IMG/VR virus record: IMGVR_UViG_3300002835_000013
DNA length: 64,000 bases
Origin: a virus
Strand: one strand, 5' to 3'
In this document: positions 38,896 to 47,698 of the stretch, one piece after another
Layout of the letters: every line of letters starts with the position of its first letter
Numbering within the stretch: the stretch's first letter is position 1
Translations under genes and position numbers: made by a program
Notes under the pieces: model-generated
Told to the model about the DNA's origin: nothing
The model's input: the letters and a program-made list of their open reading frames with translations, nothing else
Databases searched by the model: none

Positions 38896-39018
38896 CTATC
38901 GGTTCTCCGCATTAGAGATAAGATCGGGATATAACCACACACAAACACCGTGCCAAATCAACTGGTGCTCGGCCCAGTTATTGATCTGGGCAATGATGTG
39001 AACTGGGATATTATTCAT
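38896..39018 (-). CDS. W-x-x-P family microprotein, 40 aa
   Basis: MNNIPVH...HGVCVWLYPDLISNAENR; GGAGG RBS. Confidence 0.55.
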   Translation of the reverse strand: MNNIPVHIIAQINNWAEHQLIWHGVCVWLYPDLISNAENR

Positions 39019-39245
39019 TATGCAGCCTCCTGACCGAGTTTATCCGTATCATACACAATCGACTCGCCGAGAAAGTCTTCGTTGGCACGGGCACCAACTA
39101 CACGGCGAGAGATAATATAACGACCATACGCTTCACCCTCAAAATCGACCAGAGCCGATTGGGCATCTGCCAGCGAATAATAAACGCCGAGCATATAATC
39201 ACCCTCATAATCGATGCAACCGAAGAGAACGAAAACTTCCATCAC
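39018..39245 (-). CDS. Small early hypothetical protein
   Basis: DYEG...LGVY.S...A; AGGAG RBS. Confidence 0.65.
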   Translation of the reverse strand: MMEVFVLFGCIDYEGDYMLGVYYSLADAQSALVDFEGEAYGRYIISRRVVGARANEDFLGESIVYDTDKLGQEAA

Positions 39246-39412
39246 TTATCTCCTACTTTGATATTTTTACCAACCGTGAAACCACGCTTCGGACGTTTAG
39301 ACGATTTCACCTTGGTGATTTTACCACCGTTTTCAGCCCAACGAAGAAGGGCGAGACGCAAAACCACATCTTTGCCGTCTTGGTTTTTGATATGAAAGCG
39401 AGTATTTGACAT
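39242..39412 (-). CDS. 56-aa basic early protein (not in the ORF track)
   Basis: MSNTRFHIK...ENGGKITKV...; first gene after cassette 4. Confidence 0.6.
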   Translation of the reverse strand: MSNTRFHIKNQDGKDVVLRLALLRWAENGGKITKVKSSKRPKRGFTVGKNIKVGDK

Positions 39413-39431
39413 GTTGGAACCTTTCTCGATT

Positions 39432-39527
39432 ATGGGAATATATTAGCACATCGGAACGGAAGGGTCAACCAAAATCGTTTGTCAACGACTGCGACAGGTT
39501 GTCGCACATTGATCGCAGTCGTTGACA
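39432..39527 (-). promoter_or_regulatory. Early promoter cassette 4 with an extended inverted repeat
   Basis: Palindrome 39490-39506 overlapping TGTCAACGACTGCGA...TCGCAGTCGTTGACA; TTGACC...TAATAT. Confidence 0.85.
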
Positions 39528-39771
39528 TTCTTCTATCAAATATCAACATAGCGAATGGTAACATTGTCGATATTATATTCAACAATTTCGACGCTATATT
39601 GATCTAGATCAATCTTTTCTAAGACTTCTAGTAATACTTCTACGGATTCACGAAACTCTTTTGCTTCGGTCAGATTGTTGAATAACGGATCAAACTCTTG
39701 ACGGATATTGTCGTTTATGTGATCATAAACAAGAATGGAATAATAGTTGGACATGATTTTTCCTTTCATCA

Positions 39772-39847
39772 TAGGAACATAATACCACGGTAAAAGGAAG
39801 GAGTCAATAGAAATCTAATTGTAAACAGTGCGACAGGATGTCGCACC
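39772..39847 (-). promoter_or_regulatory. Early promoter cassette 5
   Basis: Palindrome 39829-39845, GTTTACA, TTGACT...TATTAT. Confidence 0.8.
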
Positions 39848-40090
39848 TCAGCTATTGCCAAGCTCAAGGCTCCGGCGCATCTTCCAGACCAGCTTTCTTT
39901 CTAGCTGATAAACCCGTGCCTGCGACAGGCCAAGCTCCTCGGCGATGGCATCGATGGTCTGGTTCTGATAGAAACGACGGACGGCGATGAATTGTAAACG
40001 TGGGCTAAGGCATTCGATAGCCCGTTTACAGACAACCTTACGGTCAAGGTCATGCATATTGATAAGTTGGAGAAAAGTTTCGTTTACCAT
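39848..40090 (-). CDS. Stand-alone sigma70 region-4 HTH protein
   Basis: AIECLSPR.Q.I...RFY...T...IAEELGLSQARV.QLE. Confidence 0.8.
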   Translation of the reverse strand: MVNETFLQLINMHDLDRKVVCKRAIECLSPRLQFIAVRRFYQNQTIDAIAEELGLSQARVYQLERKLVWKMRRSLELGNS

Positions 40091-40410
40091 TATCGGACGT
40101 CCGTATTGAGGGCAGGAGAGAGTTCACGGATAAGCTCACGCTCACGGATATGGGCAGCGGACTTGCCACGCACCACTTCGTAATAGCAGACTTCAAATGC
40201 GTCTGGACCATACTTGCGGATCGCTTTACATAGGGCCCAGTCACGTCCCTCGGTCAGGGCACGGTTTACATGCTTCTGCCAGCGACGGATAACAGACTTG
40301 GACACAGCCGACTTGTCTACATACGTCACGCCGATATATTCCAGTCCGTTTACAGACAAGGAATAGATGACATGCTTACGGTCGGTGCGGGCTTTGCGCT
40401 TCTTGATCAT
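40090..40410 (-). CDS. Small GIY-YIG nuclease-domain protein
   Basis: IY......EYIG.T, R...H, AIRKYG..AF, E.ELI....LN. Confidence 0.75.
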   Translation of the reverse strand: MIKKRKARTDRKHVIYSLSVNGLEYIGVTYVDKSAVSKSVIRRWQKHVNRALTEGRDWALCKAIRKYGPDAFEVCYYEVVRGKSAAHIRERELIRELSPALNTDVR

Positions 40411-40411
40411 G

Positions 40412-40484
40412 GTCACATTATAGCACAATGGAACCGAGATGCAAGCGAAATCGTTTGTAAACGAGTGCGACAGGTTGTCGCACC
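40412..40484 (-). promoter_or_regulatory. Early promoter cassette 6
   Basis: Palindrome 40466-40482, GTTTACA, ACGATTT, CTTGCA...TATAAT. Confidence 0.85.
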
Positions 40485-40547
40485 TCTAAGTGACTGATTT
40501 CATTAATGATTTTATAAGTGATTGATTATAAAGCGATTTTATCTTAG

Positions 40548-41627
40548 TCAATTCTTCGATAGTATCAGATACTCCGCATTAGGTTCATTGACCTCGTTTT
40601 TACAATTACCTGACTTGATTGCAAATGTCTGACTATTTGGTTTATGATCAAACTTAAATATATTTATCAGTTTTTGATGATCGCCAATAATTTCTATTAG
40701 GTTATCTATCTTTACTTTGGAACGATTACTATATGATATAAGTGTGTATTCTGTATCAAACTTTGTCAATAAAGATTTGAAAGAATCCTCGACGACAGAA
40801 TTGTTTGTGCTTTCAAATTCCGAGATAGCACCTTTGATCTTATCACTCGATACATCATATCTTCTTTTAGACGATCCGACTAAAACAGGACAGTCGTTCT
40901 TACATACTGTTGTCCATAGATGATAATAAGAAAAGTATCTTACTCGGGTCGTCTTTGTTTTTTCATTTGATGTTCCATATGGAGGATCGAAGTAGCAAAG
41001 ATCAAAACTATCCTTAACATCGAAGACATTTTTAGTATAAACTCTATGATCTAGATTATCTATTACATAGTTAGGAACTTTAAGATGTAAAGGTTTATAC
41101 GTTTTTGAAGACCAATTCTTTAGATATGAGACCTGATGACCCATATCATTTGATACATTATCTAGAGCCAACAACAGACTTGTTAATAACACGGATTTAT
41201 CTATACAATCCATTGGATAAAGAATGTCTATCTCATTTCTAATTGCATCCAATTTTTCCGTAACATGCATTTGGAACGGTCTTTTAAAGCCATCTTCTTG
41301 AATCGAAGATCCATCTCTATCATAACCTCCGTAATTGATAGAGAACCATCCAACTGTTGGCGTTAAACTATTTAAATGATCTACAATAGACTTATAATAA
41401 CTATGAGGCTGTCTTGCTAACAAATAACATTCGGCAATATGTTTGGAATAGATTGCCATATCATTGCTAGTCGTAACGAATCCTTTGTGTTTGAAAAACT
41501 GTGAGACTCTGGTGCTACCAGAAAATCCATCGAGGACATTTTTTAAAGAAATGTCCTCAAGAATTAGATCAATCTTTGGTAGTATCTTATTCTTACTGCC
41601 AGAGTATCTTATAGATTCATATCTCAT
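40548..41627 (-). CDS. N6-adenine DNA methyltransferase (D12 class)
   Basis: RYSGSK, D.FSGS..VS, ND, YFDPPY. Confidence 0.9.
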   Translation of the reverse strand: MRYESIRYSGSKNKILPKIDLILEDISLKNVLDGFSGSTRVSQFFKHKGFVTTSNDMAIYSKHIAECYLLARQPHSYYKSIVDHLNSLTPTVGWFSINYGGYDRDGSSIQEDGFKRPFQMHVTEKLDAIRNEIDILYPMDCIDKSVLLTSLLLALDNVSNDMGHQVSYLKNWSSKTYKPLHLKVPNYVIDNLDHRVYTKNVFDVKDSFDLCYFDPPYGTSNEKTKTTRVRYFSYYHLWTTVCKNDCPVLVGSSKRRYDVSSDKIKGAISEFESTNNSVVEDSFKSLLTKFDTEYTLISYSNRSKVKIDNLIEIIGDHQKLINIFKFDHKPNSQTFAIKSGNCKNEVNEPNAEYLILSKN

Positions 41628-42153
41628 TAACTATTTTTCCCACTCTTGAAACCCATGATAGAGGATAATTGATTGTATGTTCTTTATTCTTCGAATTGGC
41701 ACCACGGCGAGTTAGATTGTCTTCTGTGTAATCTAGAAATGCCGTGGTACTTACCTTATAAATGTATTTGAGTGTTAGTCCTTCAAACACACCACAATAA
41801 AATGCTTTATTTCTGGTGATGCGTTCAAGACTATCAGGCTTTCTTTCAGGATCGGAGAACATGCAATCGATAGCAAAAGTTCCCGACTTTTTTCCATTGT
41901 TAGCAACTTTTTCCTGACAAGAAAGATACTCATAATAATTGATACCATCAGTAGCATCGGGGAGATGCTTGTTCTTAATGATCTTATGACCAAGACTATC
42001 TGCCATGATAACTTCTTTGATAAGACCTGGTTGTGTAATGTTATCAATTCCAGATTTTCTGAAAAGTTCTTGTGCTTTGTTTAGATGTTTAATTGCTTCA
42101 CGAATGTCATCTGTAACATCGATCAGAATAGCGGATTCACTTATATTTCTCAT
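41617..42153 (-). CDS. PvuII-like restriction endonuclease homologue
   Basis: QEL..K.GI..I.Q, PDA.D....YE, F.G..L..IY, P..WV...G pattern resembles R.PvuII as recalled; overlaps the MTase start. Confidence 0.55.
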   Translation of the reverse strand: MRNISESAILIDVTDDIREAIKHLNKAQELFRKSGIDNITQPGLIKEVIMADSLGHKIIKNKHLPDATDGINYYEYLSCQEKVANNGKKSGTFAIDCMFSDPERKPDSLERITRNKAFYCGVFEGLTLKYIYKVSTTAFLDYTEDNLTRRGANSKNKEHTINYPLSWVSRVGKIVNEI

Positions 42154-42387
42154 AACGACACCTTATAAAGTTATTCAATGCTCGTAAAATTCGTCCACTT
42201 CGTCGTAATCATCGACATGTTCCATCCACGCCTTGGTCAGATTCCGAATAGGACGCTTCTTGGTCATGTCAGTCTGCGGACGCTCAATTCGCTTTCCGCC
42301 ATACTTCTTGTCCTCTTCATATAGATCGACATAGAGAGGATCGATTTTGCGAGTTGGAGTCTTATTTTTCATAGAATGATATCCATG

Positions 42388-42819
42388 TTATGTTGGTAGC
42401 AGACCTTCGAATGCTTCACTAACGATTGCTGGCGTTAGATATGGCACCTTTAGATCCTTTCTAATCATGTTAGCATACACCTCGGCCTCTTTTGGCTCCA
42501 GTGATTCAAGAATCTGAATCAATAGTTCCTCTTTGCGCTTTTCTGTCAAAGTAGGAGGACACTGAGGATGATCCTTCACAAAAAGATATACACGGCGCAA
42601 GGCGTCAGTGATATGATTATAAGACATACCTGGCGGCACATCTTCGCTCTTGTATTCTGGGATTTTCTTGATACAAAATTCCACGTTAGGTGAGAATGCT
42701 CCCTGTAGAACACTCATTAGAGCAAAGTTTTTGTTTTTGCGAAGAACCTCAATTCTCTCCGCCTTTGTTTTAGCGTTTTTGAAATCATCAAAAACTTCAT
42801 ACACATTCTTAATAGCCAT
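42388..42819 (-). CDS. T4-like hypothetical protein
   Basis: K.ERI.VLR, LY.F, K.E.L.IQ.LE.L...EA pattern; downstream of rnh. Confidence 0.7.
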   Translation of the reverse strand: MAIKNVYEVFDDFKNAKTKAERIEVLRKNKNFALMSVLQGAFSPNVEFCIKKIPEYKSEDVPPGMSYNHITDALRRVYLFVKDHPQCPPTLTEKRKEELLIQILESLEPKEAEVYANMIRKDLKVPYLTPAIVSEAFEGLLPT

Positions 42820-43676
42820 TAGAAGTCTCCTATTGACTCAATCATTGCCTTGAGTCCTTTGTCAATAAAATAGTTTAGCATCTTCTCTTTTGTAGCAGGC
42901 TTTGATTCCTCAAAAGCCACTACAATCTTCTTCTGAATTTCATCAGGTATATAGTCAAAATCAACCAGCATTTGATTACGCTTAAACCCACGAAGCATAT
43001 CAGCGTTACAAAAATCCGTGGCATCTTTCTGAACCCATTCAGAGAGTTTCTTACTGTTTATCGGCTTCTGACGTTCACCAGCGGCAAAGCAGTTGTCAGG
43101 CGATAGAAAGTTTGGAATACCATCACCACGATCACCCTTTAGAATATGCTCACGAATGAACGTCTTAGGATCATCAATCTTGATGAACCGCTTTAGAATA
43201 GGAGAATACTGTGAAACGTTTGGATACTTCTGTAGTTGTGCGAAGTCTTTGTCCGATGACAAAATGAGAACACTGCCATGCGGAGCCAACCGAGCGGTTA
43301 GAACGGCAATAACATCGTCGGCTTCGGCACCTTCGACATTTAGAGTCTTATAGGGAAAGTTGTCACGCAGTTCATCTCGGAGACGATTTAGAACATCAAA
43401 GATCATGTTCCAATCCAGACCAGATGCCTCTCGGTCGTGCTTACGATGCGCCTTGTAGAAAGGAAACACATCACGGCGCCAGTAATGCTTGGAGTCGCAG
43501 CAAAGAATAACGTTATTGTATTTCGACCGAAACTGTTTTACATTGGATCGGATTGTATTGATACACATATGGCGAATAAGGTCTTCGCTCATTTCATGTT
43601 GTTTGGCCACAAACTTTAGATGCTGCATCAAGTTTGAGATAAGAACCTGGTTAAGGTCGATTAGCATGTAAGACAT
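42819..43676 (-). CDS. rnh: T4-type RNase H (5'-3' exonuclease)
   Basis: D.NQ, YWRR..FP.YKA.RK, EADD.I, SSDKDF.QL, GD.GDGIPN. Confidence 0.95.
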   Translation of the reverse strand: MSYMLIDLNQVLISNLMQHLKFVAKQHEMSEDLIRHMCINTIRSNVKQFRSKYNNVILCCDSKHYWRRDVFPFYKAHRKHDREASGLDWNMIFDVLNRLRDELRDNFPYKTLNVEGAEADDVIAVLTARLAPHGSVLILSSDKDFAQLQKYPNVSQYSPILKRFIKIDDPKTFIREHILKGDRGDGIPNFLSPDNCFAAGERQKPINSKKLSEWVQKDATDFCNADMLRGFKRNQMLVDFDYIPDEIQKKIVVAFEESKPATKEKMLNYFIDKGLKAMIESIGDF

Positions 43677-43708
43677 AATATTTCCTTATTGAGTGAATAG
43701 ATACTATA

Positions 43709-44107
43709 TCACTCTTCCTCGTCAGTGTCAAGATTATCTTTTGCTTGTGTCAATTCCAACATAATCTTTTCGATCTTTTCCTTAATCTCTTCCTTGGTCA
43801 TTCCTTCACCACCTTCGATTAGCTTGACATTGTTATCCACAAAGTCATGGAGATGATGATCGATTCCAAATGACCGATATACACAAGCCTTGAGTGCGTC
43901 CGCTACCAGAACAAAGTCTTTGGAGAACTGTTTGTTTTCCACTTCGACCATACAGTTGTCAAGTTCCGTGATTAGCATTCCCGTTAGGTCATCAACAATA
44001 GCATCGGCCAACTTTTGGTCAGCCTTTGCTTGTCGTGCTATAAGATGCTCTTGTGGAACTTCTCGAACCACCTTATGTTTTGGAAACTCGATTACTTTGT
44101 CGGTCAT
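43709..44107 (-). CDS. Hypothetical protein
   Basis: VIEFPK N-terminus; upstream of rnh. Confidence 0.65.
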   Translation of the reverse strand: MTDKVIEFPKHKVVREVPQEHLIARQAKADQKLADAIVDDLTGMLITELDNCMVEVENKQFSKDFVLVADALKACVYRSFGIDHHLHDFVDNNVKLIEGGEGMTKEEIKEKIEKIMLELTQAKDNLDTDEEE

Positions 44108-44844
44108 TTGTTATCCTTGAAAACTGATTTGTCATTGTAACAAGTATACGTCACATAGCTCCATATTCTGTTAGCATAGTAGAAAGCAGCCTTTTCTGTA
44201 ATATAAAGCATGTTATCACGAAACGGAGAACTCTCGATATTTAGAAACCTCTCGCCCATTCTCATACACGCTGCCACAATATTGTCCGTGATATCTTCTC
44301 GGTCAATATATCGAAACGGACATCTATTAGATGCTAGATGCTTTTCTAAGGAGGCATCGGTATCTGTAACAACAAACACTCCGTTGGAATCAAGCACTCG
44401 CCGAACTTCAATCAAAAACAGTTGAGGGTTATCATAACAATGCATCGACTCAACATTTGTTACGATATCGAACGTAGAGTTATTGAACGATATGTTATGA
44501 GCATCCATAACATAATAAGAATCGTCCTTGAATACCCTATTAGCAAACGAGATATTGTCCTCGCTGATATCGATCCCTGTGGCGCCAGCGAAACCATAGT
44601 TTCCTGTTTTGAACATATTGACCGCACCGCCACGACCACAACCAACGTCCAGAATATTCTTGTTTTCGGTCACAAGATTTTTCAGTAGATGTTGGTATAG
44701 GGATTTCTGATAGCCATTGAAGTAGTCGGATGATAGATCGACCTCAGGATCTTCTGTATAATATCCATGATTGAAAAAGGTCAGGATATCAGGACAGATT
44801 TCATTGAAGTGTTTATAATGTTGTATTGTATCTAACGGGTTCAT
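44104..44844 (-). CDS. Class I SAM-dependent methyltransferase
   Basis: N.GY, ILDVGCGRGG, GID, FD.V.NVES.HCY. Confidence 0.88.
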   Translation of the reverse strand: MNPLDTIQHYKHFNEICPDILTFFNHGYYTEDPEVDLSSDYFNGYQKSLYQHLLKNLVTENKNILDVGCGRGGAVNMFKTGNYGFAGATGIDISEDNISFANRVFKDDSYYVMDAHNISFNNSTFDIVTNVESMHCYDNPQLFLIEVRRVLDSNGVFVVTDTDASLEKHLASNRCPFRYIDREDITDNIVAACMRMGERFLNIESSPFRDNMLYITEKAAFYYANRIWSYVTYTCYNDKSVFKDNK

Positions 44845-45962
44845 TTTACTACTCTCAATAGAAGTGTATCAGTGTTGATACGACCAGTTGCTTTTTGTTC
44901 TGTTGTGGTGATGTTATCCATAACCTTGCGAAGATAGATTTTGCCACCTTCGAGAAGAGGTTTGATTACCGCTTCTGGCTTACGGAGTTTCTTTGTGACC
45001 GAAGTTGTCTCGTCAAATCCTGTAAGCGTAGACCCTCTGACCGAAAGGCCAGAATGACCCACGGCATTATACACAGAAAGATTACGAGTCTTAGCATTAT
45101 AAACCCAAAGTTGCGAAGCACCAATAATCTCCTTAGGATCGATACTCTTATATTCATCATTGTTAGGTAGATAGTTCATCTTGGAAACCAGCACACTCGC
45201 TGGCTTTACCTTCTTCTTGCGTGGCTTACGAATAGTCTGACCAGCAGAATCCAGTTCTACCATATGATCGATTAGTCGCTTGATGAAAAGCGCCATGATT
45301 TTAAGAACTGGCTTACGCCAACCCTTATACGACTCAGCCAACTCTTTGTCTTTGCCTTCGAGGGCTTCGGTGATTTCATTGTATTGAGGACGGAAGTGTT
45401 CTGCAATCCTCTTCGCAATTTGCGGTTTAATTCCCTTCTCAAGGGACCACTTCTTAACATCGAACTGAATAACTCCTTCTTGGAAGAACACGTCCAACTG
45501 TTCTTCCAACTCGCCGATTAGATCGGACGCTTTATTGTTGATACGGTCCTGGATTGATACGATCTTGACAACTGCCGCTGGTTCTTCGTCGTTATCGATT
45601 GTAACAGCAGAAGCAAGTTGTTTGATTCTGGAATAGCAACGATCCCAAACACCATCAGGCAGATTACTGCCATTATGGAGCAAACGGCAGTTCCAACCGA
45701 TGTTATGAAGATCAATGGCATTTACTTTAGAGAGTTTTGTGATTGTGTCTTTGTTGTATTTGATATACTTGAGGTAGGAGATTGTGAAGTTTTTGGCGTC
45801 CTCACTATTATAGAAATAGTTGAACCATGTGTATGCCCTGGCCATATCGCCCTGCGTGGCCTTTTCGGTGACTGTGGGTTCCGGACCCAGATACTTTTCA
45901 TCAGCAAATTTAGGTCGTCTTACGGTAGCCGACTTTCTCACCTTTTTCTCCTTGTCTTTCAA
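44841..45962 (-). CDS. T4-like hypothetical protein
   Basis: WFNY, SI.P..IIGA..LWVYN.KTR, S..K.LRKP, GRIN.D..LLR. Confidence 0.75.
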   Translation of the reverse strand: MKDKEKKVRKSATVRRPKFADEKYLGPEPTVTEKATQGDMARAYTWFNYFYNSEDAKNFTISYLKYIKYNKDTITKLSKVNAIDLHNIGWNCRLLHNGSNLPDGVWDRCYSRIKQLASAVTIDNDEEPAAVVKIVSIQDRINNKASDLIGELEEQLDVFFQEGVIQFDVKKWSLEKGIKPQIAKRIAEHFRPQYNEITEALEGKDKELAESYKGWRKPVLKIMALFIKRLIDHMVELDSAGQTIRKPRKKKVKPASVLVSKMNYLPNNDEYKSIDPKEIIGASQLWVYNAKTRNLSVYNAVGHSGLSVRGSTLTGFDETTSVTKKLRKPEAVIKPLLEGGKIYLRKVMDNITTTEQKATGRINTDTLLLRVVK

Positions 45963-46407
45963 GATGTTGTTTCCAAAGTTCGTAAAGTTCTTTTTCTAGT
46001 TGTGCTGCTTCTATTTCCCACGGCAGCTTTTTATAATCGACCATATGCTCATTGAACATAGTGCCTTGCCACTTTTGATAACTGCCATACTCCATATCTA
46101 TAAGTTCTTTTCTAGCATACTGTTTGACGTGGACAAGTTCATGTGCCAGTGTCCGAAATAAAAATACAGGTCCAAGGTCTGCGTCAATTTCTATTTCAAA
46201 CTTACGATGGTTCCTTGTTTCGTCATCTGTCCATGTAGCGAAACCAAAACACTTAGTATTCTTATATAGATTTTTCTTGAGTTTGATTTTGACATGGACA
46301 TTTCTACTTAGGCGTTTCAAGAGGTAATCGCAAAAAAAGTTTGCTGCGGATCGAATTGATCTAGTATGAACCTTTTTTGCGCTACCTATGATCTTGATTG
46401 TTGCCAT
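45910..46407 (-). CDS. HExxH metallopeptidase-like protein
   Basis: TLAHELVHVKQY, Y...PWE.EA. Confidence 0.75.
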   Translation of the reverse strand: MATIKIIGSAKKVHTRSIRSAANFFCDYLLKRLSRNVHVKIKLKKNLYKNTKCFGFATWTDDETRNHRKFEIEIDADLGPVFLFRTLAHELVHVKQYARKELIDMEYGSYQKWQGTMFNEHMVDYKKLPWEIEAAQLEKELYELWKQHLERQGEKGEKVGYRKTT

Positions 46408-46408
46408 G

Positions 46409-46702
46409 TTATCCGAAGATGTATCCGTAATCTTTGAAGTCGTTGATCACACAGATACCATCCTCAGTTTCGCCTACATCATACTCCAATGCCTCGGCAA
46501 AGTCAATAGCCTGGTTAAGTGTATGAAATACTTCGCTTTCACCAAACGTTTCCTTGATAGCGGAAAGATTTCCTTCATATAATGCCTTATCAGCATTCCA
46601 CTCACCATAGATGTTTCCAATGGAATGAGAATAAGAGACACGATATTCAGGACCCTTTTCTGTTTCCGTTAGAAGGACATAGATTCCGTTATCAACCGAC
46701 AT
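46409..46702 (-). CDS. Hypothetical protein
   Basis: Coupled ORF in the operon. Confidence 0.6.
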   Translation of the reverse strand: MSVDNGIYVLLTETEKGPEYRVSYSHSIGNIYGEWNADKALYEGNLSAIKETFGESEVFHTLNQAIDFAEALEYDVGETEDGICVINDFKDYGYIFG

Positions 46703-46959
46703 TATTCTTCTCCCTCGTCACCATCATTCATAAAAGTTGATTTGAACAAGCGAACAAACCAAGAGAACATGAAAGGTGCCCAAAGCGGAGCAGTCACCTC
46801 TACCCATGTCCAGTTCTGGAGATGGTCGGTCAACTTTAGACCAATGAACAGTAGTGCTAGACCGTCCATAAAGTTGATGCCATCGGACGAGGCTGACACG
46901 TTGATGATTTTGCTATTCTCGCTCAAGTTCTTCACCTTTGTTGGTAGATCCATAGGCAT
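46702..46959 (-). CDS. Small membrane protein
   Basis: L.LLFIGLKLT....W.W..V.APLW. Confidence 0.65.
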   Translation of the reverse strand: MPMDLPTKVKNLSENSKIINVSASSDGINFMDGLALLFIGLKLTDHLQNWTWVEVTAPLWAPFMFSWFVRLFKSTFMNDGDEGEE

Positions 46960-47057
46960 TACTTCTTCTTTCTTCCTTTGAGACGACGGGCTTTGCGTTT
47001 TGTTGAACCAATCTTACGACGACCCTTGCGAGGTCTATTCTTATGTGGATGCGCCAT
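46959..47057 (-). CDS. 32-aa extremely basic peptide (not in the ORF track)
   Basis: MAHPHKNRPRKGRRKIGSTKRKARRLKGRKKK; GAGGGAG RBS; TAATG coupling to the next gene. Confidence 0.7.
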   Translation of the reverse strand: MAHPHKNRPRKGRRKIGSTKRKARRLKGRKKK

Positions 47058-47059
47058 AC

Positions 47060-47335
47060 TTACTCCCTCAATAGTGTTTTCACGGTTTTCACGGAATCAT
47101 AACGAAAGGATCGCCATCCATCTGCGTCAATATCCCATACTACCTGAACATCATCATTCAACTGCCGAGCAGGCTTTGCTACCTGTCCATCATATTCTGA
47201 TAGCATCTGCGGTAGCGGTACATATAGATCAGAAAGAGTGGCACGCATGGTGCGTTCCGTTCCATCTTTCTTCTCAAAGACAACGGTAACAACACCGTTC
47301 TTCAAGTCTTCTTTTAGTCCATACTTGTCAATCAT
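47060..47335 (-). CDS. WYL-like/SH3-fold small protein
   Basis: V.F.KKDGT.R.M.ATL, VWD....GWRSFR. Confidence 0.75.
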   Translation of the reverse strand: MIDKYGLKEDLKNGVVTVVFEKKDGTERTMRATLSDLYVPLPQMLSEYDGQVAKPARQLNDDVQVVWDIDADGWRSFRYDSVKTVKTLLRE

Positions 47336-47565
47336 AGTTTTCCTTCCTCATGTAGATTGGAAAGTTCATTATAGCCGCCAATGTAACGACTGTCAATAGT
47401 GATTACGGGAAAGGTTTTGGCAGTAGGATATAATGCCTTGATAGTCTCTCTGGAAAAGTCTCTTTCTAGTTTATATTCAATAAAGAACTTTCCTTGACTT
47501 CTTAGAAGTTCCCTGGCTTTGTCACAGAAGGAACATTCATCTTTGGAATAAATTACGATAGCCAT
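47332..47565 (-). CDS. Glutaredoxin
   Basis: CSFC, TFP.I, IGGY.EL. Confidence 0.9.
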   Translation of the reverse strand: MAIVIYSKDECSFCDKARELLRSQGKFFIEYKLERDFSRETIKALYPTAKTFPVITIDSRYIGGYNELSNLHEEGKL

Positions 47566-47631
47566 GTTTACCTCATTGTCTTATATAATAGCAGAATCAT
47601 TTTGGAATGTCAAGTGAAAAATCTAAAAACG

Positions 47632-47698
47632 CTAAATAGATGTAGGTCGCAGGATTGCCGTCCTCACCTACTCTAACGCTAAACAGGAGCGCCAGCAT
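47632..47698 (+). promoter_or_regulatory. Late promoter plus two-hairpin leader of the GIY-YIG gene
   Basis: CTAAATA; GTAGGT/ACCTAC, AGGA/TCCT and CGCT/AGCG helices. Confidence 0.75.

Noticed and set aside
32799-40482. TGCGACA-N3-TGTCGCA repeats as a CRISPR array or integron attC sites
   Set aside because: Spacing is 0.3-4 kb and irregular, each copy is tied to a promoter, and there is no cas gene or integrase in the window
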